A DNA stretch of 62,549 nt, filler included, from Dirinaria sp. TL-2023a (taxonomy: Eukaryota), in the NCBI GenBank assembly GCA_051941275.1. It is 12 parts of 12 records of this genome, joined end to end, with 100 filler letters (N's around TTAATTAATTAA, not from the genome) between each part and the next. Parts side by side here need not be neighbours in the genome. Positions count along the whole stretch, not along the records: positions 26,188 to 31,308 come from JAVEBF010001717.1; positions 31,409 to 36,522 come from JAVEBF010001719.1; positions 36,623 to 41,734 come from JAVEBF010001720.1; 9 more parts are not named here. One strand, 5' to 3'. Under the pieces are notes generated by a model. That model did no database searches. It was not told the origin of the DNA and saw nothing but the letters and a program-made list of their open reading frames with translations. Made by a program: the position numbers and the translations under genes. Each line of letters opens with the position of its first letter. The first letter of the stretch is position 1. Shown here in pieces: positions 27,358 to 40,200 of this stretch.

Positions 27358-28425
27358 TCATCCTGTAGCCGTATCTGCTCCTCCTTTAGGCGGTGGACCT
27401 GGCGGTGGTGCATACGATTCCTCATCTGCAACCTGACCATTCAGGTTCGTAGGTGGGGGAGCTTTCTCTCTCAATTTCCGCTGCTGCTCATCCCGGATAT
27501 CCCGAGCTATATTAACATTCCACTTCCTGGCAGTTAATTGCTGAAGCAACAGTGTCGAGCTCTGACCCTCCATGGCCTGCTCCGGCGCAAAAGTGCCCAC
27601 AATGTCGGACTCAAAGTTCCGAGTATAGATTGGCGCAGCAGCGGGCCTGAGTGCGAAAACAATACTGAATCTGTAAGGATCGTCGGGATTCTGCGAAGGC
27701 GCACATAGCACGCGGTGTGCGCCTGCTTGGTATCGGCCCCGCGTCAGAAAAGATAGCATGTCACCACCAAGTAATGTGGCGGTTAGGCCGCCTGAACGGG
27801 TTTTTGCATCTGCCGGCACAACGGTATCTTCTTCCACCGGTATCCAGGTGTTAGTGGTAGTGTCAAAGACTTGCAGTCCAGGAGAATGACCGACTACGAG
27901 AGAAAGGATACCAAGGTCTTTGTGTTGCTCGGCGTTGATGGTCGGCTCTCCCTGCCCATGGGGAGGCCGGTCATACCTGAACATCCGGAGTAACGTCGGT
28001 GTTCGCTTCGACGGATGCAGGTCACGGCAGGGTGTCGAGAAAGGAGTGAAAACCTCAGGATCTAAATTGAGGCTGTTTGCAATGGAGCGGGTAATTTCTT
28101 CCAAGAAGTTTCCTGTCAGAGCCCAGGTACACCTGACTTGTTCCCGTAATTCCGACGGACATCGTTCCGAGGTCCGTACTGTTAAGATGCGTTTTTCACC
28201 GCTGATGCTGAAGTAACCTTCGTCGCTCGCTTTGGCGCCACTAGGAGCTTGGAAGGCGGTCTTTGAGGGTGAATCTTCCGGCAGTGAGAAATAAGCAGAT
28301 GATTCTTGGAAAAGTCGAGTGTAAGCTTCTACCATGCCCTCATGGTCGGCGAGGAGCAGAGGTAGATAGCCTTGGGTGGCTAGGAAATGCAGCGCTTGGT
28401 CGTCAGAAACAGCTTCGGATGCCAT
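27358..28425 (-). CDS. 2-oxoglutarate/Fe(II)-dependent dioxygenase (IPNS-like 2OG-FeII_Oxy fold)
   Basis: Intronless 355 aa; LLRMFRY, HKD...GLQV...HRV...RFS (HxD..H iron triad plus RxS 2OG motif). Confidence 0.85.
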   Translation of the reverse strand: MASEAVSDDQALHFLATQGYLPLLLADHEGMVEAYTRLFQESSAYFSLPEDSPSKTAFQAPSGAKASDEGYFSISGEKRILTVRTSERCPSELREQVRCTWALTGNFLEEITRSIANSLNLDPEVFTPFSTPCRDLHPSKRTPTLLRMFRYDRPPHGQGEPTINAEQHKDLGILSLVVGHSPGLQVFDTTTNTWIPVEEDTVVPADAKTRSGGLTATLLGGDMLSFLTRGRYQAGAHRVLCAPSQNPDDPYRFSIVFALRPAAAPIYTRNFESDIVGTFAPEQAMEGQSSTLLLQQLTARKWNVNIARDIRDEQQRKLREKAPPPTNLNGQVADEESYAPPPGPPPKGGADTATG

Positions 28426-28741
28426 GCGGTATGTGGTCTTCCTTCAATATATCCAAGGTCTACAACTATGTCCTAGCAATAGGAATGTTATTCAGTGAAA
28501 GAATAGGTGAAATACCTTTTAAGGTACATTTATGCAAGTTGGGAAAATCCAACCCTTATAACCCTACTTCATTCGTGAGACCCCTTGCTCCATGCGCCAC
28601 AGGGGGCTTGCGAAGCTTGTGAGGCTGAGTCGGGCTTGCGGCTTATTGCGTCACTCCTATCGATATTCCCCCCGCAGCTCGCCCAATAACTTTTCAATGC
28701 TTTGCTCTTTGGCAGAGCTGACATCTGCCATTACTTTCCCA

Positions 28742-30600
28742 ATGGCGCCCACCGGGGCGCAAGTCATTGCACGCAGCCTGCGTGACTTGGGTGTGACAGT
28801 CCTATTCGGCATTGTCGGTATTCCAGTCGTTGAGATAGCAGAGGAAGCAATTAATCTCGGAATCCGATTCATCGCATTTCGAAACGAGCAAGCTGCGGGC
28901 TATGCTGCCAGCGCCTATGGATATCTGACAGGAAAGCCTGGCGTGTGTCTGGTAGTTGGAGGTCCTGGGGTGCTGCATGCAATGGCTGGCGTGGGTGGAT
29001 TCGCCCTGCTAATTGAATCACGCACTTAATAGATTAGATCGGCAATTCAAGTATAAACGCCTTTCCCTTGCTACTCCTCGCCGGCTCTTCAGAGACTCAT
29101 CTTGTCCACCGCGGAGCATTTCAAGAGCTGGATGCTGTCTCGCTCCTCGCACCGCATACCAAGCTGGCACTTCGGCCCCCATCCATTGAATCGATCCCCA
29201 CGCTACTACGAGATTGCTATCGGAGATCTTGGTATGGCCGACCAGGTCCTGGTTTTGTTGATCTGCCTGCAGATATCATTCAAGGATCAATGGAAGATGC
29301 AGAAGACATGCAGGACATAGCAATGGTACCCAGAGGCCCTGAACCTGGAGCAGAGGAGACAACACTGTTTAAAATTGCGCAGTTGATCAAGACTGCCAAA
29401 GCGCCATTGGTAGTAATAGGAAAGGGTGCAGCTTACGCGCAAGCAGAAGCAGCTATTAGGCTCCTGGTTGAAAGAGCTCAACTTCCATTCCTACCAACAC
29501 CAATGGGTAAAGGCGTTATGGCAGACTCACACCCTTTGAACACCGCCAGTGCACGCAGCACAGCGCTCAAAGAAGCAGACGTCGTTCTAGTGCTGGGTGC
29601 CCGTTTGAATTGGATCTTGCACTTCGGCGACGCTCCAAAGTGGAATCCTTCCGCTCAGTTCATACAAGTGGATATCAGTGCAGAGACTCTTGGCCAAAAC
29701 AATCCTACACCGCAATTGACTCTCCTAGGTGATCTGCGCACCGTCGTTCCCCAGATTACCGCGGCACTTGGCAGCTGGCACTATGACCCTAGCACCTCGT
29801 TGTATAGCTCTCATCTGTTATTAGCAAAGACCAAGAATCTTGAAGCTGCTGCCAAGAAAGCCTCGCAGCACACTCTTCCAATGACCTATGCTCGTGCGCT
29901 CTCCACCATCGAAACGGTCCTACACCGCCTCTCCCCTCCAGAAGAGGCAGGTATCGTGTACGTTTCTGAAGGTGCGAACACAATGGATATCAGTCGAAGC
30001 ATATTTCCCGTAGCGTACCCCCGCCTAAGGCTCGACGCTGGCACTCACGCAACAATGGGTGTAGGTATGGGTTATGCCATAGCTGCGCACGAAGCCTACA
30101 ATGGTCCGACAGCGGAAGCGGCTTCAGGTCCTTCAGAAACCCCAAGAAGGAAGAAGGTGGTGGCCCTCGAGGGCGATAGCGCGTTTGGCTTCAGCGCAAT
30201 GGAGGCAGAAACGATGAGCCGGTACGGGATGGACATCCTGGTTTTCGTCATGAACAACGGCGGAGTCTATCATGGCGATAGCGATAGCGCCGAGGAGTGG
30301 CTCAAGCTGCAGAAGGTCACCACGCAGCAATCTTTGGGTCAGTCGGCAGAATCAGGTGGCCTTCGAAGCACCTCCTTAGGATTCGAGGTGGGCTATGAGA
30401 AGCTGGCCGAGGCTTGCGGCGGCACTGGCTTCCTGGTCAGCACTCCGGAAGAACTGGCCAGAGCAACGGAAGCAGGCTTCAAGGACCACAGGGTCTGTAT
30501 CGTCAACGTCATCATCGAAGCTGGGAAAAAGGGCAAACTCGAGTTCGGGTGGCAGGCTAGTGCAAGTCAAAGCAAGAAGAAATCACCGTCAAAGCTGTAG
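28742..30600 (+). CDS. PXP1: Peroxisomal TPP-dependent 2-hydroxyacyl-CoA lyase / oxalyl-CoA decarboxylase family (HACL1/Pxp1-like)
   Basis: [34 protein letters not shown] and TPP motif EGDSAFGFS...NN. One intron; C-terminal PTS1 SKL. Confidence 0.92.
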
Positions 30601-31430
30601 GATAGACGAGGGCTTTAGCAGAAAATGCACAGATGTGCGCTCATACGTGCAAATCCCACCTGGGGCACTTGAACAGGGAAAAAAGAGGATGACACCGCTT
30701 CAGGGAGAATCAGCCTCGAAAGCTAATTCGCAATAATGCCCGAATACGGTGCAAAGACAAACACCTGACGCATGGGCCTTTAAGCGATATTGAGCGCGTA
30801 TCGCGGATATTACCCAGCACACTTAAGGAGCTTTAGGGGTTTCTATACTACCCTCCTCTAAAGCAAGAGCATACCTTATTATCGAACCCCCCCAGCGCCA
30901 ACCCTCTCAAGTCCATTCCCAAAAAAGCAAGAACATTTATCCAACAGATAAGAATAATTTAAAAAAAAAAAAAAAAAAGTATCAGCAAATCATTTTTTTT
31001 TTTTTTTCCCAAGAACAACCCATTCCTTCATTTCCACAAAATATCCCCTCCAGCAAGGCAACTTAACAAGCTATCAAGACTACTTATGTTCCATAGATAC
31101 TCCTACTCAAAATAGTTCTACCCCGAATCCATATACACATAACATCAAATTACATCATACAAGAACACCCTCCCATCATCGAGTATCTCTTCCCGTCTTT
31201 CGCACTTCGCAGTGGGCGCTAAAGTAGATCACGCAGAGTATGGAGATAGGAAATAGCTAATGTAAAAATAGTAGGCGGGAAATAATATCTTGGAGGTTAT
31301 GGCTGTCTNNNNNNNNNNNNNNNNNNNNNNNNNNNNNNNNNNNNNNNNNNNNTTAATTAATTAANNNNNNNNNNNNNNNNNNNNNNNNNNNNNNNNNNNN
31401 NNNNNNNNGGGATAGGAGGGGAAAACGCAC

Positions 31431-31505
31431 GCGTGCATTGTGCTGGACAGATTCTTGTACTATAGGCGCGATTTGCTGCGTCCGTTCTTGGGAGGGGGAG
31501 GACAT
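31431..31505 (-). CDS. EMC6: ER membrane protein complex subunit 6, exon 1 only (missed by ORF track)
   Basis: MSSPSQERTQQIAPIVQESVQHNAR followed by a GTGCGT donor; matches the recalled fungal Emc6 N-terminus (PIVxESVxHN). Confidence 0.75.
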
Positions 31506-31512
31506 TTGCCTT

Positions 31513-31548
31513 TTGCTTGCTTTGCTTGCTTGCTTTGCTTGCTTTGCT
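31513..31548. repeat. TTGC/TTTGC microsatellite in the EMC6 5' leader
   Basis: Direct tandem repeats just upstream of the EMC6 ATG. Confidence 0.85.
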
Positions 31549-32438
31549 GGTAGAAAGGGAGGTTTTGAGGGCGCCGGTGATACTAAGGTCCTTTTCTAGG
31601 TTTAGGGTTGTACGGATCTTTTTGGTGTGTAGCCCTAAGATAATCCCGGGATGGCGCTAGTTGAGAGCTCAGGTTAACGGGTTGATGAAACACTGAGGTA
31701 CTCTTCTGTGAGTATGATTTCATCGACGAGGAAACGCTTTCAGGAATTGAGTAGTCGTTATTTGAGTCTATTACGAAGATATATATCACACTTTACATAC
31801 TCCGCGGACTTACGATGTGTGTTATGGGTTTATGACATCGAGGACCATGGTCCTTCAATTCGTCCTACCTTACCCTACCTACCACCCAAAGTGAAAGAAC
31901 CAAGGGAGAATCCTAAAACTACCTTGCCTTCCTGGCTCCTTCCTTTATAGCGTTCTTTTTTCACATATTCGTCGAATGCTAGCATATCAAATACCTCACC
32001 TCACCTCAAGTAAAAATAGTCAACTCCATCCCCTCCCCCCACACTTTCGCCATCTCAGTTTTTGGCACTGCAACGATTAATCAATTCGAAACACTCTCTC
32101 CTTAAGTTCACATAACGTCTCAACTTAACGACATCACGATACACGTCTTATCTGCCGCCCGTAGATAGAGATTAATACCTCTCAGATACTGTAGATAGAT
32201 AGCAAGATCGGAAAATTGAACATCGAATTGAAAGATTGAAAAATGCAGCTGAGTGACGCAGTAGTAACTTTAATAGTAGGACGAAAGCATATAATGACAT
32301 GATGAAGCAAATGTGTGGAAAATGAGTAATCGATAGCCAGTATAGTGAGGGATATCGATGAAGTGGCACGAGGGGGGGGGGCTTTTTTTTCGGGGTGGTT
32401 TGATTTCATTTGAACGTAGCAAAAGCATCAACTAGAAG

Positions 32439-35400
32439 CTACGCAATATCCACAAACCCTCTCTTCTTCCTCATTGCCTCCCCAGCCTCGCCCTCTTCGT
32501 CCTCACCGACGACCCCCCTAGCGACCTCCCTCTCCTCAATCCTGCGCCCCACGACCCTCAGCGCCGCAAGATTAAACCCCATCAAATCCTTCTGCTCCTT
32601 CAAGCTCCTCCTCAGGCCACCCCGCACCCCTTCCAACACGATCCTCAGTTCCCGGCTCGCCACGATCTGCCGATGGTGCGTCTTGAGCACGAACACCAGC
32701 ACGCGGCACGTGAGCGGCATGTTCCACCCGCGTTCCGCCCACAGCGCGAGGAAGGTCAGCAGTGCCGGGATCTGGGCGAAGGGTAGGACGAGCAAGGCGT
32801 CTGTGAGGGCGGCGGCGGGGATCCGCGTGATCAGGTTCAGGAGGTACTGCTCTGCGGAGATGGAGCCGTGCGCTAGGAAGAGGGGATGTCGCTGCGGCGG
32901 CGCTGGCGGTGCGCTGTTGTTGGCTTTTTGGGCGGCAACCGCGGAGGTGTAGTCGCGCATGAGCTCGAGGTCCGCGGTACCGAGTTCTAAAGCTTCCGCG
33001 ATGCGTTCACCCGCCATCAAGGTTTGCGTTGTTTGTTTTCCGGCTTTGGGGGCGACTTCGGATTTCTCGGCACCGCCGCTAGGGTCATCGTCTTCGATAT
33101 CGAGGGAGGTGGTTAGTGTGTGTTCGTAGAGGTCTTCGAGTTCTTTTTCGCGCTCTTCCTCTAGGAAAATTTGTTCGTCCGTCTGCTGCCAGATGCGGAT
33201 GCTCTTGTCGTGGCTCGCGCTAACGAGGAATTCGCCCGTACGGGACACGGCCAGAGCCCAAATCTCGCCGTGGTGGCCGGGCAATTTTTGGATCTGCTCG
33301 AATTTGTCGCCGTCCCAGTACTTGATGAGGCGATCTTTGCTCGCGGAGAAGAAGTGGTGCCCATTGCCGTCTTGGTTATGCGGCACAAAGCAGACTTGCA
33401 GGATGCTATCCTGGTGCGCAAAGAAGGCTTTGTGGCAGTCCCCGAAATCAAGACCCCAGAGGCGGACGTTTTTGTCGGCAGAGCACGTTACGATGAATTT
33501 GGAGTCGAAGGAGATGTCTAGGCTCAAGACGGGGAGCTTGTGACCATAGAGGTTAAGGAACAGCTTGAGGGAATCTGTGAAGAAGACTTTGACTGTGTTG
33601 TCGAGGAGGGAGATGGCGACGAGGCGAGAATCAGGAGAGAAGCGGAGCGAGAGAATATCATCTGCTACTTTGAGTGTGCGGGTATGGACCAACTTGAAGC
33701 GTGGTGTGGTCTGTGAGGTGCCGGGGATTTCTTCCTGTATCACTTCGAAGTTGAAGAACTTGGCCGATTTGTCAGCGCTGCCTGTGGCCATAGAGCGGCC
33801 ATCAGGATGGACATGCAGTGTCCAGATAGGGCCGTCATGCGCCTTGATAGTATCGATGAGGGTTGAAGAAGCGATATCAAACAGCTCTAGCTCGCCATTC
33901 CGATTGCCGACCACGACGATTTTGTCTCCGGGAAGGAATGATGAACATAGCGAGTAGCCACAGTCCAGCGTTCGTATACAGCTTTGGGTGCGAACATTCC
34001 ATATCTTAAGGCTGCCATTGGAAGAAGAGGCGAGCATTCTGTCATCAGAGCTTAGAGCCAATGAGCGAATATCCGTGCGGTGGCCAGGCAAGTCCACTGA
34101 GAGCGTCCTTTGGTAGTCGGGCGGCTCGTCTGACTTCGATTTTTTGTCCTTTGATTTGACTGGTATGCTGTACACCTCTAACTGATTGTTGTTAGTAGCA
34201 GTGAGTAGCTGGAGTGCTTTCCTCGGTCGGTCACCGACCCAGTCGACCGATCGTATCTTGCCGCCTGTGCGGACTATGACATAAGGGACGATGACATCTG
34301 AGATATCAGCTGTTGAGATATCCTCTACACCATCAACGCCATCAACAGTAGCCGCTTCTTGAGCAGAATCTTTAGGATCCGAAGCGAGCAGTTTTTCACG
34401 CCGTCTCTTGCGTTTCCGTGTCATCGTTCTCTGCACTTCGCTCTCAGAGCGAATCCTCCAAAGCTCGACCGCTTTCTCCGATCCATGGGCGAGAATGTAG
34501 CTACCGTTTGGGTGAAAGCTAACGCCTGTTGTCCTATCTTTGCCATGCCGATAGATGATCCCCCTCTGGTGGAGAAAGGACTTCTCTGAGCCCTCTGCCA
34601 CCCGTTCCGCAGCCTCACTCAAACCTTTCGTATCGATGGACCAAACCTTGAGCTCTCCTTCGTTTCCAGCTGTTATACAGCCACTGCCATCGGGATAGAC
34701 GCCCATTGACCAACATTCGCCGTTCGATTGAGCCACGTGGGTCTCAATACAGTGTTGTGACTGGAGGTTCCAGATCTTGATAAGCGCATCTTTGCTGGTG
34801 GTCAGCAAGAAGTCTGTGTGGTAATCGGCTCCACCATTCAACGCGTCGTCTCGGCCTTGACCTGCTTGAAGAAAGTGCAGGGCCGTAACTTGGTCTTTGT
34901 GTCCTCGTAACTTGAAGAGTCCAACTTCGCCAATCAGGTCCCAGATAATAAGGTCGGTATCCTTTGCGCCACTGGCGAGTCGTACACCTTGCTTGTCAAA
35001 TGCCAGAGCCGTAACCGCAGATCTGTGGCCGTTGAACGTGATCAAGACGGTAGCTAGTCTTGAGTCCCATAGTCGAATGCTTCCGTCATCGTAGCTAAAG
35101 AATTCCCAATCAGACAATCCCGTCTCCTGGAAGACCGCGTCCAAATGCCAAAACGTACCCAACAGCATATACATCTGGATCTGCCGTACTGCGCGCAATG
35201 GCCGAGACTGCTGCGCTGCACTGATTGTCCTTCCATCTACTCAAGAGCTCTCCCTTTTTCACATCCCAGCATAAAACCTCCTCATCAGCGCCCACAATAG
35301 CTCGACCTGCGTGCGAGGAGCGCGTAGCCGCATTTTGCTCGCTGTCGTGCGGCGACCAGACGATGTTCGAGGAAGCAGATGCGATCAGGCCGAAGGTCTT

Positions 35401-35489
35401 AGAATGCTCGTATTTTCTAATGAAATTAGCTGATAGCCGCCAGAAGGCACGTTTCAGGGTTAACCCACTTACAAATAAGACTTGACCAT
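32439..35489 (-). CDS. DIP2: U3 snoRNP WD40 protein Dip2/Utp12 (WDR3)
   Basis: MVKSYL|...; many WD40 repeats; LYGHKLPVLSLDIS; WGLDFGDCHKAFFAH; Utp12 C-terminal domain (GFNLAAL). Confidence 0.96.
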
Positions 35490-35711
35490 GATTTTCGGTG
35501 CAATATCAAAAAGTTGCAGAAACAATTTTCATGCCCGCCGCTAGCGTAGCCCTACGATCTCCGGCCTTCGTGCGACCTTTGACGTCGTTTGTGGAGGCAG
35601 CACAGTATCTACTTCATGCCGCTATGGAATAACACAACATCAAAAGCGACTGCTTCTTTTTTTGCTCACGCCAAATCCTAGCCAACAGTACCTCTCACAG
35701 AATTCACCACA

Positions 35712-36488
35712 ATGCTCCTCCTCGATTACCAAAACGTCCTCATCCAATCCCTCCTCACAGAGCGTTTCTCCGGGTACCTGCCCCCCTCTCAATGAACCCC
35801 TCAACGCCTCAAACTAAAAGCATTCCTCTCCTTCAGCGCACCACCAGTATCCATCGATCAAATCATCTCCGATTTCGACAACGTCACCTTCCACATCTCG
35901 ACCCCGACATCCAAATCGAAAATTGTCGTCTCCATAGCCGTAAAATGCTACCGCGAACTCCTGCAGTACGGCGCCGAAGAAGTTTTAAGGCGCGAATATG
36001 GCCCTTATATCATCTCTCCAGAGCCCGGGTATGATTTCTCCGTGGAGGTGGATCTGGGGCAGTTACCTGAAGAAGCCGGTAATATACAATTTGACCCTCG
36101 CCTTTTTCCCCTCTCCCCCATCCGCCCGTGCCAGTGGGGGCTTAAAAGACGGAGATGAAAAGAGCAGCCGACTAACCTACCTCTTTCTCTCTCGATGGCA
36201 GATGCACGAGAAGAATTAATCAACCGAATCTCCCTGCTCAAGCGCAACGCAATGGCCGCGCCCTTCGAGCGCGCATTTGACGACTTCCAACACCGACAAG
36301 AAGAAGCCTCGAAATTCACTCGAGAATCCGCGCCCGAGGGAGTGCGAGAAGGCGGCGAAGTGATGGCGATCCACTACCGGGACGAAGAAGCCATCTACAT
36401 CAAAGCGAGCCACGACCGGGTTACGGTGATATTCAGCACGGTATTCCGGGAAGAAACGGATCGGATCTTTGGCAAAGTCTTTTTGCAG
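35712..36488 (+). CDS. ARC35: Arp2/3 complex 34 kDa subunit (ARPC2), 3' truncated
   Basis: MLLLDYQNVLIQSLLTERFS|...DFDNVTFHIST...AIHYRDEEAIYIKASHDRVTVIFSTVF...FGKVFLQ. Confidence 0.96.
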
Positions 36489-36622
36489 GTAAGCTTTATC
36501 CCCCCTCCCCCCTCCCTGGATCNNNNNNNNNNNNNNNNNNNNNNNNNNNNNNNNNNNNNNNNNNNNTTAATTAATTAANNNNNNNNNNNNNNNNNNNNNN
36601 NNNNNNNNNNNNNNNNNNNNNN

Positions 36623-36991
36623 ACCCCGTAACACCTCCCCCACGGGCCCGGCCACCTCGGCATCCTGGGGGCTCCAGCTCCGAGGCCGGCTTATCGGCAC
36701 AGAGGCGGGTGCGCCTAGCCCACTGTTGAAAGCCTTCAACAACAACATAGCGTACATGTTGGCGCGCATGGCGATCGATTGTGATTCCGCGGCGGGCGGG
36801 ATGGGGCCTTCGACGTGGATGTAGCGGCTTTGGGGCTGGAGCAGGAACAGAAAGCTTCCGGGAGGATCGAGGGGCACGTTTCGGAGAGAGAAGTGCCAGT
36901 GGTTAGGGATGTTGCCTGCAGGGACTTCGGGGCGCTGGGGGAGCTCGTTGAAGGTGGAGACCAGGCTTTTGGAATCGGAGGCTGGGTCCAT
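36623..36991 (-). CDS. N-terminal domain of a fungal protein family usually carrying a C-terminal MYND finger (3' truncated)
   Basis: FNELPQR...PNHWHFSLR...FLLQPQSRYIHVEG...LLKAF pattern recalled from fungal MYND-domain proteins. The finger itself is not in the window. Confidence 0.5.
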
Positions 36992-37427
36992 GATCGTAGG
37001 CTGGGAACTTTAGAAGGTTAGGAAGAAGGCAGATATAATGATAATCGACTGGGGTGTATATTAGATGCGCGAACCATGATCGTAGGATGCTGCTCTACTG
37101 TACTCCAAGCGGAGTGGAGGCGACCGAGAGTTTTAGCTCATGGCGCCGGCCGAGACGGGCCGACGGCTGGCTAAAACAGATTCTAGATGTCCGCTAGATA
37201 CGAGCACGAGTGTTCCCTACCTTACTTTACCTTACCTGACTTGTACATGCATCTAGCGTTGTCTTACATTATCATACAGCTGTGCCTCGGGACCTGGTTT
37301 GAGCACGTTATCTCGTAGCAGCATTCCCCCGCCATTGCGTATCTTGCATTCTATTCACACCGGCTTCAAACCGCGAGAACTCGTCGATGTGCCTTCTAAC
37401 TCATGTGTGTCTCGGCCTTTCTCCGAG

Positions 37428-39253
37428 ATGAATCCTCCACCATACGCAGCTGTCAATCGCGATGCAGAACGCAATGAACTGCGACCAGCGAGCTCAAGCT
37501 CGCGAGGCTCGAAATCGCCTGTGCAGCGGTATGCAAACTCTGTAGAGGCGAGGACAAACGGCATTGATTGCTAATTGAACTCAGACGACGCAACAGCCCG
37601 CGAAAGAAGGAGATGGGAATGATCGGACAAGCTAGCTGGGCGAGCAGTGTCATAAATATCGTCAATACGAGTAGGTTCACTATGCAGGATTCGATCTCGC
37701 GGCAGTGCTAAGCCGAGTGCAGTTGTTGGCGCTGGTATACTAGCAATGCCTTTGGCCCTCTCGCGAATGGGAATTCTGTTAGGAATTATCGTCATTCTCT
37801 GGGCTGGGCTCACCGCAGGATTTGGCCTATACCTCCAGACACGGTGCGCAAGATACCTTGAAAGAGGCTCGGCCTCTTTCTTTGCACTTTCCCAGATCAC
37901 CTACCCGAACGCCGCTGTCATCTTCGATGCTGCGATATCTATCAAGTGCTTTGGGGTCGGAGTTAGCTATCTGATAATTATCGGCGACCTGATGCCTGGC
38001 GTTGTTAGAGGGTTCAGTGAAGATGCAGGCGGGATCAGTTTCTTGGTTGACCGCCATTTCTGGGTCACCGGCTTTATGTGAGTGGCCAGCTCAGGCGATT
38101 CTTATCGATCAATTAACGCGAGGGATTTGCTTGCTGATGCGCTAAGCTAGGCTTATCGTTATTCCTCTTTCATTCTTGCGGCGACTCGATTCATTGAAGT
38201 ATACAAGCGTTGTTGCATTAATATCCATCGGCTACCTCGTGGTACTAGTCGTGGCGCATTTCGCCAAAGGCGACACCATGCAAGAACGTGGCGTTATAAG
38301 AGTAGTACGGTGGGAAAGCGCAGTAGCCACACTTAGCAGCTTTCCGGTCATTGTCTTTGCATACACATGTCATCAGAACGTAGGTGTTGCCAGGCATCCG
38401 TTAACAGACTCCCAACTAAGCAATCGCATCAGATGTTCTCTATCCTGAACGAGATCAGCAACAATTCTTCATTTCGAACTACTGCCGTGGTCGTAGCCAG
38501 CATAGGCGCAGCCGCCTTTCTTTACATCCTCGTGGCCATCACAGGCTATCTTTCTTTCGGCAATGCCGTGCAGGGGAATATTGTATCAATGTGTAAGTTT
38601 ATATAATACTAATCTACACATCAAAAAATATTAATCGAGCCACAGACCCGCCATCACCGAGCGCGACAGTGGCCAAGGCAGCAATTGTCATCCTCGTCAT
38701 GTTTTCCTATCCGCTACAGGTACATCCATGCAGGGCCTCGGTCGATGCAGTCCTAAAATGGCGGCCAAAACGGAGGTCAGACTCGCCTGGACGGTCCTCT
38801 CCAAGGAGTACACCTTTATTGCCGTCTCCCAAACCCGTTGCCCAAGTGCGACCGGACGGAATAGGAGATACTCGCTTCGCAGCAATCACCACGGTGATCA
38901 TCGTACTTAGCTACATCGTGGCAATGACAGTATCCTCGCTCGAGAAGGTGCTCGCGTATGTTGGGAGCACAGGGAGTACAAGTATCAGCTTCATACTCCC
39001 CGGATTGTTCTATTACAAGATTTCCTCACCAGATTCTCCTCTTCATCAGAAGCTGATGAAGGAAGATGATGACGAGAGTGATGAGTCCGGAGATGATGAA
39101 GCCGGTGGACTACTTGGCAGTAGGGTTTTCAAGCGTGCTATGCGGCCAAGACAGCTGCTGCGTCGGCTGAGTCTGGCTTTGGCCATTTACGGAGTTATCG
39201 TCATGATCACATGTTTGGTCACCAACACATTATTCGTTGTAGCGCCGCATTGA
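37428..39253 (+). CDS. Vacuolar amino acid transporter, Avt5/6/7 family (Aa_trans)
   Basis: SSVINIVNT|IVGAGILAMP, IKCFGVGVSYL, FAYTCHQN, SYPLQVHPCR and GSTGSTSISFILPG. Confidence 0.93.
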
Positions 39254-39505
39254 TACCGGAACAGGGTTGTTAAACAGGCATGACTGGGTATTGGTATAAA
39301 GGAATAGGAACATAATCTCAATTCCACATGGTGCCTACCTATTCGGTGATTAACGAGCAATGTTTTGCCCCAGATTTAATGTGCTTGCCCAACGCCTCAA
39401 ATGCTTCCCTCGTCCTTATAGACCAACGCCATTTCTACTAAAGCAGAACTTCAATCATGTCCTAGAAACCGTCTCGGGTTCCAAGGTATATTCCGAGATC
39501 GACCT

Positions 39506-40012
39506 TCAAGCCTCCTTCCCCAACTGGCTCATCTGCGCGACATTAAACCTCGGCTCTATTAAACCCAGCTACAGGCCGTCAGCGATGCTTTTTCAAGCTG
39601 CCTTCTTCTTTCCCAAGCAGTCGATAGCGCTCACCATGGACAGTAATCTCCAGGCCGGATCCGAAGGTTGTGCCCCTACTCCCAACCAATACTTGGCCCG
39701 CGCAGTGTCAATCTTGATATCTTTATAAGGCTTCCCTTCGCCTGGGGGCGGAGGTTTGGGAATAGGATCGTATGTGCCTGGATAATGTCAGAACCCTATT
39801 CACGCTGCGACGTAAGGCGAGCTTTGATAACCGACCGAGGACTTCAATGGGTTTACTATTGCGTGCGGTCCTAAAAAGGCCATCGCTTGATCAGGTTTTT
39901 GTTATTCAAAATGGATGATTCGGGGCGGAATGTACCTTGCTTGCGCAACCACGATGTTATAGAATGGCGCGTTCCGCTTTCCGAAGCGTGCGAGCCGTAT
40001 TTTCACAACCAT
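39506..40012 (-). CDS. MRPS16: Mitochondrial ribosomal protein S16 (4 exons; missed by ORF track)
   Basis: MVVKIRLARFGKRNAPFYNIVVAQAR|TARNSKPIEVL|GTYDPIPK...RAKYWLGVGAQPSD...LLSM|LGLIEPR...*. Confidence 0.95.
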
Positions 40013-40200
40013 CGCTGTCGACTTCGGATTGAGTATGAGGGCGCACCGTTCAGGGCGTAGGGCGTCTTCCGGGGAAAACCTGTAAGGCTGAGGTCGGCAA
40101 AAGGTGCTTCGAGATTGCCGACCTCACGCGGTTAAAATTCTTTAGCCGAGCGCTTATCTCTATGCAGGCGGAAGCCGGATGACGTCGTGGTTTTTGGATC

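Noticed and set aside
31150..31225. Possible terminal exon on the minus strand at contig end
   Set aside because: All three frames are short and none could be identified.
31660..31860. Possible box C/D snoRNA or spliced non-coding leader upstream of EMC6
   Set aside because: The C box is imperfect and I could not match a guide to rRNA; an Infernal/Rfam search is needed.
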